The notes below the pieces were generated by a model, which was not told the origin of the DNA, did no database searches, and saw only the letters and a program-made list of their open reading frames with translations. The translations under genes were made by a program, and so were the position numbers. From Schmidtea polychroa (Eukaryota), in assembly GCA_044892525.1 (NCBI GenBank), contig CM097885.1, positions 81,840,001-81,904,000 on the forward strand: 64,000 nucleotides of DNA, given 5' to 3'. Within the stretch, counting starts at the first letter, position 1. Each line of letters opens with the position of its first letter. Shown here in pieces: positions 12,026 through 22,384 of the stretch.

Positions 12026-13180
12026 TTAATAAATGAAGTATATTTAAATTTCTAATCAAACGTGTCCTTTCTATTATTAAAACAACTATAATTAATAAAT
12101 ATTAATTATTGAACATCACTGGGAAGATATAAGTGATAATAATTAGTGGAAAATCGAAAGTCGGGGAATATAAGTGATTAAATAGTGGAACTTTACTTTA
12201 CTTATTTGAGCCCATTGATTACTTTAATTTTAAATTTAGACCCTTAATTTACTTTAATTTTAAAATTTGGACTTATATTACCTATTTATCTTTAATTTAT
12301 CATGCTTTTGTTAGGTTCGATAGGTATGTAGTCGAACTAACACAAAAACGTTTAATCTAACTCCAAGTAAATAATTTATGCGTGTAGGTAATAAATAAGA
12401 AATATGATTTAAAATGTTTATTAACAATAAAAATTACACGATTGTTTATTTTGTACAAATTAATCACGCTGCTCTCTAAAGAAAAGAAAACGGTTATACA
12501 AACCGTCCTGAAGAGTATTACTAAGAATCAAGGCTGGCCCTAAATGCGCCAACAGCCCGATATAGATGAGCGGGAAAAGATAAGGGAGTTTACCAAATTT
12601 TATCGCGATAGAGTCAACCCAGAAATCGGTTAACTCTTTTTCTAATAATATCCGCAACGAAACAACACAAAAGATACGTGCTGACGTTACGTTTTCTTTT
12701 TCCCTTATTTAATTGTTTAATCGACGGAATAATTTTATATAAATTTATATTTATATAAGTAACAACAACAATAAATACTAACTAATTTTAATCTAAATTC
12801 CTTTGAGTAAAAATCCAAAAACCCCAGACGGGTTGCAAAAAAACGAATCCAAATTTTCTTGTTTTATTTTCTTATCAATTACTACAATGAATATCGGAGC
12901 AAAATAAATAATGTCTCGTTATTGAATTTCCAAGCGAATTGAAAAGTCGATCAATAAACTGAAAATTCTGTATACTAATTAAAAACTGGTATTCGTCCAA
13001 TTAAATATCGTTCACAAATTTTTCTCCAATTCTATTTATATCTTCTGCTTCTAATTTTCTGCACTATGATCTTTTCTTTCCGTCCCTGATCAATGAAATT
13101 TTTGTGATATTTATATAAGTTTATTTGTATTAAAGCTATTAATAGTAATTATTAATTACTATTTTTATTATATGTTTATT

Positions 13181-13300
13181 TTTAGTAATTATTTATTACT
13201 TTTTATATTTTAATCCTAATTTTATTTATTTTTAGTAATTATTTACTACTTTTTATATTTTAATCCTAATTTTATTTATTTTTAGTTATTATTTATTACT
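13181..13300. repeat. 50-bp tandem repeat, about 2.4 copies
   Basis: TTTAGTAATTATTTATTACTTTTTATATTTTAATCCTAATTTTATTTATT units start at 13181, 13231 and 13281. Confidence 0.8.
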
Positions 13301-13339
13301 TAAGCCTAAACTTTTGATTCTGATTCCTACCGAACCCCA

Positions 13340-13600
13340 ACACTTTTTTTATTGAGGACCCTTTTTGTATTGAAATTCTCAGGATTCATCGAGAACTCCT
13401 CACTATAATCAAAAATATGCTTTTTTAACGAGAATATGATTTTGTATTGAAAATATCCTGAAACCTTAAATCACCATGCTCTTTTTTATTGATGACCCTT
13501 TTTGTATTGAAATTCTGAGGATCCATCGAGACCCCTTCACTATAGTCAGAGAAATCCTGCTTTTGTTTCTATAGACCCTTTTTTGTATTGAAAATCCCAG
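13340..13600. repeat. Imperfect direct repeats in the putative retroelement leader
   Basis: GACCCTTTTTGTATTGAAA(T)T... occurs three times, with longer shared flanks in two copies. Confidence 0.65.
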
Positions 13601-13697
13601 AAAAAATAAGTGTAGCTCTCTACAGCAGTTACGTAACCAAAAATAAAAATAAAATTAGAGCAGTAACCCCCCTCCCCGGGGGAGGGGGTATTTGATG

Positions 13698-13709
13698 GTC
13701 GTGCTGCCA
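13698..13709 (-). other. Possible primer-binding site of element A
   Basis: Minus strand reads ...CA|TGGCAGCACGAC; TGGCAGC is complementary to tRNA-Leu-type 3' ends ending GCUGCCA; lies upstream of gag; cognate LTR not confirmed. Confidence 0.3.
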
Positions 13710-15045
13710 TGGGCTACTAACTACCTACTAGCCATACACATTTAAATATTTTCAGAATAATAAAAATTTAATTTTTATATTTTGGATTTTACTAAATACT
13801 AAGACTGTAGTTTAGAGTCCAACTGTGCAATTTGTATTACAGTAATTTTACTTACTCGCTTATATTATAGACTCTTATTTAATGTCGTTGGCACTACCAC
13901 ACTATCCGTTTTCTAAATGACACGCCTACTTTTCTTATAAGTTAATGTTATTTATCTTATTAAAGATCCAGTTCACGGCTGTTCACAATCTTATCAATTG
14001 GGCTTTGGTGTATTTGCTTTACCCCTAAGTTACCACTTTCTAATGAATTCATATTCTATTTCTATCCTACTAAATATTTATTGGCGGCGCTATGTGGCTC
14101 TGATTTTTACTAAATTACAGATTAGACATCGGGTTTGACATAATTTTATCAATCTATTATGTTTTTTAACCGTTGTTAATTTAGATCGTTGCCGTTCCAA
14201 AATTTGAGTGTATGGACGTTGTGAAATGGTTACTTCTTTACTGATATTCTAACGAGGTTTTATTTTCTTTTCTGGGTCCCTCTACCGCCGCGTCGACAGG
14301 GACTAAAACGCACCTTCGCCTGCGTGGACAAGTCCAGCAGGTTCGAGATACACCCGCCTTGTAATGTACGCAAGGAGTAGGACTATGGGATCGAGAGTCA
14401 CATTTTATTGGACTCCGACTACGAATAGATGGACACGCGCAGTATCTACGGGCATTTTAATATAATGTTTAACATACACTTGTCTTTATTTGATTAGTTT
14501 TTCTATAGTGATAACCGAAATCCTAGATTAGGGTGGTATATTTGCAATTTTCATCGTGATTAGCCTTCGTTACTGAGGGGAGGTTGTAACCACAACATTG
14601 TCGAAGCTTTTATTTACTTCCCTAATATGTTATTTGTTTAACCTTTACTAAAAATTTATAATATTTAGAATATATTTTTGCTACTATTTATTTTCCTTTT
14701 TCAGGATGTTACTCATTTAATTTAACTCTAGACTTTTTAATGATGTTCACCATCAGAGCAATGGCTGTGCCCCCCACCCTTTTCATGCCGAGTTTGTTTA
14801 TTTATTTGCCAATTTATTTATTAATTTATTCATTTGTTTATTTAATTTATTTATCTTTCAAGGACAAAAAAGAAAAGGGGATGTATTGTAATATCTTACT
14901 TTTTTATTTGTTTTTATTTTTATCTAGTTATTAAAAACTATATAGCGATAATTTACCAAGTAAATTGTCGCTATAGAAAATTGATTAAAAAAATAAAAAG
15001 TCAATATCGTTAAAGAAACAATTTTGTAAAATTATATAATCTCCC

Positions 15046-15190
15046 TCAAACTTACAATCAGCAATTGTTACCAAATAACTAGGAATATACCGATCAAAAT
15101 TACAATCAGCAATCCTTACCAAATAATTAGGAACATTCCGAATCAAACTTACAATTAGCAATCCTTACCAAATAACCAGAACCTACCAGT
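15046..15190. repeat. About 48-bp tandem repeat, 3 copies, inside the LTR
   Basis: TCAAACTTACAATCAGCAAT(C/T)(C/G)TTACCAAATAA... units start at 15046, 15094 and 15143. Confidence 0.8.
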
Positions 15191-15755
15191 AGTAATTATT
15201 AGCCACAGAGCTACGGGTATTAATAGAATCCATAACTAAAACACGTTTATTATAAAAACACCAAAATTATTAAAACAATTTATATCGTTAATTTGTTTGA
15301 GGAGTTTCTAAAAAATAATAATTAATGTACAACTTATACAGTATAAGTAAGGATTTCAGCATACATTCAAACATGCACAACATCATACCATTATTTAAAT
15401 ACAAATTACAAAACGCCTCACATCCCCCGCTTTTTGAAAACCTTTAACCACTCAATATTTCTCGTGACGGAACTTCCTTTTTCCAATTTTATTTCATAAC
15501 TTCATCATGAATCTTTTTAGTAATCACACCTGGACCCATGTATCTGTTATCACCTTTATTCCGAACATTTACTTTGATCAATACGCAACCTCCAATTTGA
15601 AATTCGCGATTTGTCGCCTGATTGATTTTTTCTTCTTCTACAATCTCTGAGAACCATTCACTATAAATCTTTTTCCCAAACACCATTTCAGCTGGAGTCT
15701 TCCTAATAGTTTTTTGAAAAGTTGAATCTTGAAATCCAAATTTTGTTATTATTTG

Positions 15756-17114
15756 TCAATAATCTGGCATCAAACTAATATTTTCTTTTATATTTTCAAT
15801 TTCTTTCGAGTTCTTTTGCCATATATTTTCAATATTATCAGTCATCAGTGTCAACAATCTTGTTTTTAATTTACCCATTTTAGGATTTTCATGAATCATT
15901 TGACATTGAACACAAGTTTCACATTCTTTTCTAGATAAAGCGAAGGCATTATTGTGGTTATCACCTTTTCTGTATTGAATCTCCGTGTCCAGACCACTAA
16001 GATGGTTAATCCAAGTTTGAAATTGTGGGGTAATAGCTTTCTTTGTCTTCATCATAAATGTAAAGGCTTTGTGATCCGTTCTCAAAATAAACTTTTTACC
16101 ATATAGATAATACTTAAAATGACCAGTAAAATAAAATATAGATAGTAATTCCTTTCTTGTTATACAATAACCCAACTCGTGTTTATTCATAGCTCGGGAT
16201 CCATATGCGATTACTCTTTCTTTACTTCCATCTTTTTGAGACAGAACAGCACCAATGCGGTCAAAACTTGCATCTGTATCCAAAATGAATGGCTTAGAAA
16301 AATCTGGGAACTTCAATACAGGTGTAGACGTCAATTTCAGTTTTAAATTTTTAAATGAAGTTTCACACTCATCAGTCCACATAAGCTTCTTTTGTTTACT
16401 TCCACATAACGCTTCTAATACTTTGGAATCTTTGGTGTAATTTTCTATAAATCTGCGATAGTAATTTGCCAAGCCTAAAAATCCTCTCAAACTTTTTACG
16501 CATTTAGGTCTTTCAAAATTTTTAATAGTTTCAATCTTGCTTTCATCCGTACGTATTCCATCTTCACCAATGATATGACCCAAAAATTTTACTTCTTTCC
16601 TTTTGAATTGACATTTTGCTGGACTTATTTTAAGATTTGCTAATTTAATCTTTTGAAAAACCTTTTCAATGGTACTATAATGTTCATTCAATGTCTTTGA
16701 AAATATAAGGATATCATCCAGATATACAATTGTTCCATTCCAATATAATTCTCCAAGAACCAAATTCATAAGTCTTTGAAATGTTGCTGGTGCGGCTGCT
16801 ATTCCAAATGGCATTCTGTTAAAGTAATATTGCTTACTTTTTGTCGAAAATGCTGTTTTCAATTTTGATGCATCATCGAGTTCTACTTGATAATAAGCAT
16901 TGCCTAAATCAATTGTCGAGAAAAACTTTGCTCCGTCAAGAATATCTAATAATTCATCAGTATTTGGAATGGGAAAAATCGGTCTTTCGGCTATATTATT
17001 TAAAGCACGGTAGTCCAAGCATATTCTTAAATCACTACTGTTTTTATTTTTAACACATACTAATGGAGAATTCCAAGGAGATGTACATTCTGATTTAATG
17101 CCATATTTCAACAT
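15756..17114 (-). pseudogene. pol: Gypsy reverse transcriptase and RNaseH, N-terminally broken
   Basis: SPWNSPL, RICLDYRALN, FSTIDLGNAYYQ, RMPFG, VYLDDILIFS, LDTDAS, KELL, TDHK motifs; last RNaseH Asp replaced (NAFALSR). Confidence 0.92.
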
Positions 17115-17142
17115 TTCTTGAATATTTCTTCAATTTTTTCTA

Positions 17143-17658
17143 TTAAATGTATAGGTTGTCGTCTTGACTACCTTTAGTAAGTATTTCATGCTTTAATAGT
17201 TCGGTTTTTCCAACATCCCATTTATGTTTCATAAAAATACCGTCAAACGTGGAAATTAAATTATTTATAATCTTATCTTCACTTATGTGGTTATTAAATG
17301 AATTTTCCATAATTGTATTTATTTCGTCTGTACGGTTTTCTATTTGCAATTGCATTCCAAATCTTTCGAGAAAATCTATACCTCCTATTAACTTTGGGTT
17401 TATATCTTTGGCTACAACGAATTCTACTTTTTTAATATCAGAAATTTTATCAACTTTTACATTTAATAAAGTTTTACCGCAAATTTCAATCGGGCTATCA
17501 TTCGCACATCTTAATTTTAAATTACTTGTAGTCATATTCAAATTTCCAAGTTTTTTAAAAATATTATAATCAATCACACTTATTTTAGCTCCAGTATCTA
17601 ATATGCATACTAATTTTACATTATTAATCATTACGGTAACACTGGGCCTTCCCTGCAT
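17143..17658 (-). pseudogene. Gypsy aspartic protease
   Basis: ILDTGAKISVI and LIGGIDFL motifs. Confidence 0.88.
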
Positions 17659-17866
17659 ACTATTATATCATTCCGTTTATCACGATTAAGAACATTTAGT
17701 TCATTAGAAGTTAGGGGTGGATCTTTAAAAACTTCATCCATACAAAATTTATTAATGTATATATTAATATAATTTCTATAATCAAAAACACCATCACAAC
17801 AGTTATCATTCAAACTATCACAATCATTCAAAATCATACAACCCTTACTCATATCATTAATTACCT

Positions 17867-18891
17867 TTAATTTATTGCTCCGATCGCCTCCTCGTGTGGT
17901 GGAGCATTCCCATTTGGGTACTCAAAATCAGCCTCTGGATCCTCGTCACCGAATGCAGCCACTGATTTATGGAATTTTCGACGTCTGCCTGGAAATAACT
18001 CATGGCACTGATGTTTGAAATGTCCAGATCTTTTACAATGGGCACATTGAATATTGGGGCATTCAGATCTTCTATGACCTTCTTCGTGGCACGCCCAACA
18101 TCGCAAAATTTGATTTGTTCGGACATGATCTCGCGAATGAAATTCCCTGGTATTATAAGGCTTACTTCTATTCATAGGTTTCCATCCATTTGAAATAGCA
18201 TATCGATGTTCTCTGGTAAGATCGCATTTGAATCTTGGATTATGTTGAGGTTCTCTTGTATATTCATCTTTGAATCTGGGATTAGCTTCTCATTCTCGAA
18301 TTGATCTGTTATCATAACTATATCTTGGTAAGCTCTTCTTAACACCATCAGCATAGCGTTGTGTTTTATTCATTGAAGCTACATCAGCATGAAATACATT
18401 AATTTCTTTTGAAACTTGATCGTGTCTCTTTAATCTTTCTTTCATTTCATCAAATGATTTTAAATCTTGCATTTTGAGATCTTTTTTAACTTCTTTATCT
18501 TCAAGCGAATTGAATAGCAAAAATTTCTTTAGTTCTTCATCAAGTTTATGCTTCAAAATATTTTTTGCAAGTTTCTCAATTTTTGAGCAGAATTCTTCGG
18601 CAGCCTCATTTCCTTGACGATGATTTAGCGCTTCGTTGAGATCATCGATAAGACTTCTGTTCTTAGAAAAAGCGTTTTTAATCTTTCTGTATAACGCAGA
18701 GTTTCATTAGTCAACTCATATTTCTTCGTTGAATTGATTGATAGAAAAGCTTTGACGAATTTGCTTCTGTATTCATCGACAATATTTGTCATCTCGAAGA
18801 ATCGTTCCGTTTCTAAGATAAAATCTTCCACGTCTGAATCCATGTCATATGTTTCTGGTGGCTTGATAAAATTTGCAATCGTGGTCGCCAT
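17867..18891 (-). pseudogene. gag: Gypsy gag, frameshifted, with two CCHC knuckles
   Basis: MATTIANFIKPPETY...; CWACHEEGHRRSEC and CAHCKRSGHFKHQC; the ATG is formed by the last base of the LTR plus the TG of the PBS. Confidence 0.85.
18878..18890 (-). other. Primer-binding site, tRNA-Arg-like
   Basis: Plus strand CGTGGTCGCCA abuts the LTR and matches the 3' end (...CGUGGUCGCCA) of metazoan tRNA-Arg(UCG) as I recall it. Confidence 0.7.
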
Positions 18892-19453
18892 ATTAGCCAC
18901 AGAGCTACGGGTATTAATAGAATCCATAACTAAAACACGTTTATTATAAAAACACCAATATTATTAAAACAAATTATATCGTTAATTTGTTTGAGGAGTT
19001 TCTAAAAAATAATAATTAATGTATAAGTAAGGATTTCAACATACAATCAAACATGCACAACATCATACCATTATTTAAATACAAATTACAAAACGCCTCA
19101 CAGTAATCTTGACAAACTAAACTGAATGACTTTCGAAGCCATGAAAAGAAATAATAACAAGGTTGTTTAATTAGTAAATTTTACATTTAATAAAAGTTAT
19201 AATAATTAATTGTATCGTTATACTATATCATTTTTAATTATTCCCTTTTTTCTGGTTGTATAAAGCAATACATACACGCACCCGATTGTCCCGCTACAAT
19301 ATTTTTTTAAACGGTGACTCTTTCGGGCTCTTCAAGTTTCTGATAACATAACATCACTCATTATACGATTATACTAATACTTAAATAATAAGCACATAAT
19401 CACAGGAACCTTCCGAACAATTACCATCATTTATTGACTCAATTTAATGTTTT

Positions 19454-19750
19454 TTAATCTAACTGGATGAGCTTACCTTCATCCTTCGATTCTTCCGACA
19501 CTTCTACCTTCATTCGAAACATCACAAAGTCTGCTTTGTGTTGTAATAATAGGACATCTAGGCGATTCAACCGCTTTCTCAGATAGAATTTTTCTTCCTC
19601 CAAGTCCGTTATCCTACCGTTCATACTTCGGAACTTCCGCTTCAATTCTTGCGTGTTACTTTTGCATTCTTTGCATGATAACTTCGATGCTTCTTGAATT
19701 CTCTGAAATTAAATGGAATTATCCGTTTTGTCTTACTTTCTAATCACAAA
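19454..19750 (-). pseudogene. Small coiled-coil ORF remnant
   Basis: KRKFRSMNGRITDLEEEKFYLRKRLNRLDVLLLQ is heptad-like; lies downstream of the glycoprotein on the same strand. Confidence 0.35.
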
Positions 19751-19849
19751 GCATCAACACCTTGCCTTAAACTAGATCAAACAGAACGTATAACTCATAC
19801 TATGATACTCATAAAATCATGCAATTTGTCGATATAACGTAAATAAATA

Positions 19850-19853
<4 letters not shown>

Positions 19854-19908
<55 letters not shown>
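19854..19908. repeat. (TA)n microsatellite
   Basis: Perfect TA run following AATCGA. Confidence 0.95.
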
Positions 19909-19914
<6 letters not shown>

Positions 19915-20114
19915 TTATTTATAGCATGCAGATCACAAATCTATAGTCTTGCTTCATGATAGGAATATCGTGGTAGTGATAGTGATAGTTATGAAAGAGA
20001 AAAAAAAGGACGAGGAAACCTGTTACCAAAATGTAAATGAGGTATTCACATATTTTCGATTTCGATTAAGTCGCGTATCTCTTTTATTTGTCCTTCTATA
20101 GGAATTTGATTTTA

Positions 20115-21990
20115 CTATTTTGACATGTTTTGTCTCAACAACCATTGGTATTTAAAAGTTTGTTTTAACTTTCGTGCTGCAAACACATCTTTATCGTAAT
20201 TAAGTTCCACTAATGATGTAGTAGTGTCAAATAAATTGATGATTTCTATTTGGTCAGTAATCTGGCATCTACAACTCCATACAATATTTGTTAGGGTAGA
20301 ATATATATCGATTTTTTCCATCACCTGGATTTGGCTTACCGCGTATGGTAATTCAATCTTTTTCACGCCCGCATTTGTTAATAACATCAGCATTTTTGTC
20401 ACATATAATTTTTTGTTGATGTAGCTGACTGGTTTATTATTAATATCACTACTATAAATTTTTCCCAGATCTTTTTCAGTGTATTATGCGTCGCTTCCTT
20501 GTTATGATCTGGAGTTAACAGATACTGGTAATTTACCTTCCCACTTCCGCTTGGGAGGATTGTATCTACCATTTCCATTATTAGTCTTTCTTTTTTTGAC
20601 GGAAATAACAAATTTCTACGAGCTTCCTCAATGTCTTCACACGAGTAAATTCCACTTTGCGACAACTTTTCCAATGATGTAAAATTCACCAAATATTATA
20701 GTTCTGTCAATACAAAATTTTTCGGTGTCTATTTCTCGACGGTCCGGCAACGCAATCCATGATGCTGGTGTTAATCTGTATAGTGTTGCCAACAATCTAT
20801 TGCATTGTAGGACTTTCACAGGCTTCATAAATCGCAGCTTTCCATTTATATTGACGGGTAATTTGTTGGTGCATTGGTTGTCCTTTGTTAGTTTGACTGG
20901 TATAGCTTTACATTTGTAGCTATATAGTGCTTCACCGATGATTCTGCCAAACACCCCATTCTCTTTAATCAATATTGGTGCCACCAAATTGAGATTGGTT
21001 ATAGCCATTGTCACCCGATTTCTGAGTATTTCCTTATTGAGATTGCTATCGTTTGTAATAATTTCTCGGTATACATTTTCAACGGTATTTTGACCAAAAT
21101 GAAACAGATCATCTATCTTATTATTGAAGTAATTTGTCAATTTTAGATCTCGCGAATGTGTATTGAGCCTCTGTGATCAACTTCTGGGATACATATATCT
21201 CTTTACAGTTCGTCTCATAGACACTTTTTTCTAGTGTATTTTCTCAGAAATCGCATCCCATCTTCCACCTATGTTGACATTGACACTGTTGAAGTGTTCA
21301 TCCGTAAATGGGTGACTCTGGTCGCTGTACTCGTTGCTGGATCCATTCTTACCTTCTCAGACTTTTCCCGGATCTGCCCTCCCGTAATTTTTTTGAAACT
21401 CATTGACTTCAATTGCACTAAATTGCACCTTTTCGTATCGACTTCGTACACTAAGATTGATTCCACTGTCTGACAGCTATATTGTTTCATGTTGCAGAAC
21501 GGGTGTGTCCTTATCATCATCAAATGATCCATCGAATTCTCTTAGTTCCGACATGTACTTTTCCACCAGAACGGCTTAGTCAATTATCGCCTCGTGGTTC
21601 TCCTTGGCAATCGCCATTCTACTTTATAATCCCTCTCACAGTCGCCGACTCACGAATTTTGTGGTTTAATTTTGCTTGTAATTTGATATCTGCATTGATT
21701 TTTTCAACCCTAACCATTTGGAAAGGCCGCCATACAATTTTCTGGAATTATCTCTATCGATCTAGATATCGATTGCATTTTCATCATAGATGAGTGGCTC
21801 CATTTACCGCAATAAAATACAAAAGTGGTTCGTTTGACTGTACACTCCCTCACCTTTGATACAAACATAGATTCTTGATACACGTGATATTTTACTGGAT
21901 TTGTCACTTTGAACTTTACTGGGTATGCATCTGAACACTCTGCTACGTCCACTAACGAATATAATTAAATATTAATTTAAGTATTAATTT
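20115..21990 (-). pseudogene. Endogenous chuvirus-like envelope glycoprotein, decayed and near full length
   Basis: Collinear motifs typical of chuviral G: ECTVKRTTFVFYCGKWSHSS; NGDCQG; VENVYREIITNDSNLNKEILRN...GVFGRIIGEALYSYKCKAIPVKL...QCTNKLPV; QCNRLLATLYRL; SGIYSCEDIEEARRNLLFPSKK; IWEKF followed by a hydrophobic stretch. Several frameshifts and stops; no introns evident. Confidence 0.75.
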
Positions 21991-22324
21991 AGTTGAATGT
22001 TGATGAACGGTTTAAGTTTTTTGATATAAAGAGTCTCCGCGGTTAATCTTTTCAATGAATATTAGATTTTAAAATTAAAAATAGGAAATATTATTTGGGT
22101 AATTAAAATAAAATATAATTAAATCAATAAATTTATTATGAAATACGAAATAAATTTATTTTTCCCCAACAATAATTAATAAATGTAATAATGATCAAAT
22201 TCACTTGAAAAAGGCAGTGCCGAAAATTCGTGAGTATATTATTACTGATTATATATTATATTACTGATTTATAGTCTTCAAATTCTCTTTTTAATAAAGA
22301 TATTTAAACAACGACATTTAAACA

Positions 22325-22350
22325 AAGACAATGACTCATAGATGACTCAT
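22325..22350. promoter_or_regulatory. AP-1-like TGACTCA repeat array, left part
   Basis: ACAAAGACAATGACTCAT unit; TGACTCA at 22332 and 22343. Confidence 0.45.
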
Positions 22351-22384
22351 CGTTTAAATGGGAGTTACTCTTTTAAAAAGAGTA

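Larger units (their letters stand above)
15197..19102 (-). mobile_element. Ty3/gypsy element B, LTR to LTR, internally deleted (integrase core missing)
   Basis: Near-identical LTRs 15197-15422 and 18891-19102 (one 14-bp indel, few substitutions); 5-bp TSD GTAAT at 15192-15196 and 19103-19107; PBS TGGCGACCACG; PPT AAAAAGCGGGGGA. Confidence 0.95.
14882..19404 (+). mobile_element. LTR of about 610 bp net, same family as solo LTR 45430-45944, interrupted by gypsy element B
   Basis: Starts TGTATTGTAAT immediately after PPT AAAAAAGAAAAGGGGA (14866-14881); 14882-14990 resembles the reverse complement of 45830-45944; family core at 19260-19350; proposed end ...AATCACA at 19404. Confidence 0.55.

Noticed and set aside
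12309-12900. TGTTAGG... as the 5' LTR of element A
   Set aside because: No PBS abuts it, and no matching second copy or TSD was found
14330-14360. tRNA gene
   Set aside because: B-box-like GGTTCGAG only; no cloverleaf or convincing A-box
14575-14595. GAGGGGAGGT|TGTAAC as a PPT and LTR start
   Set aside because: No homologous LTR copy found; the PPT at 14866-14881 is better supported
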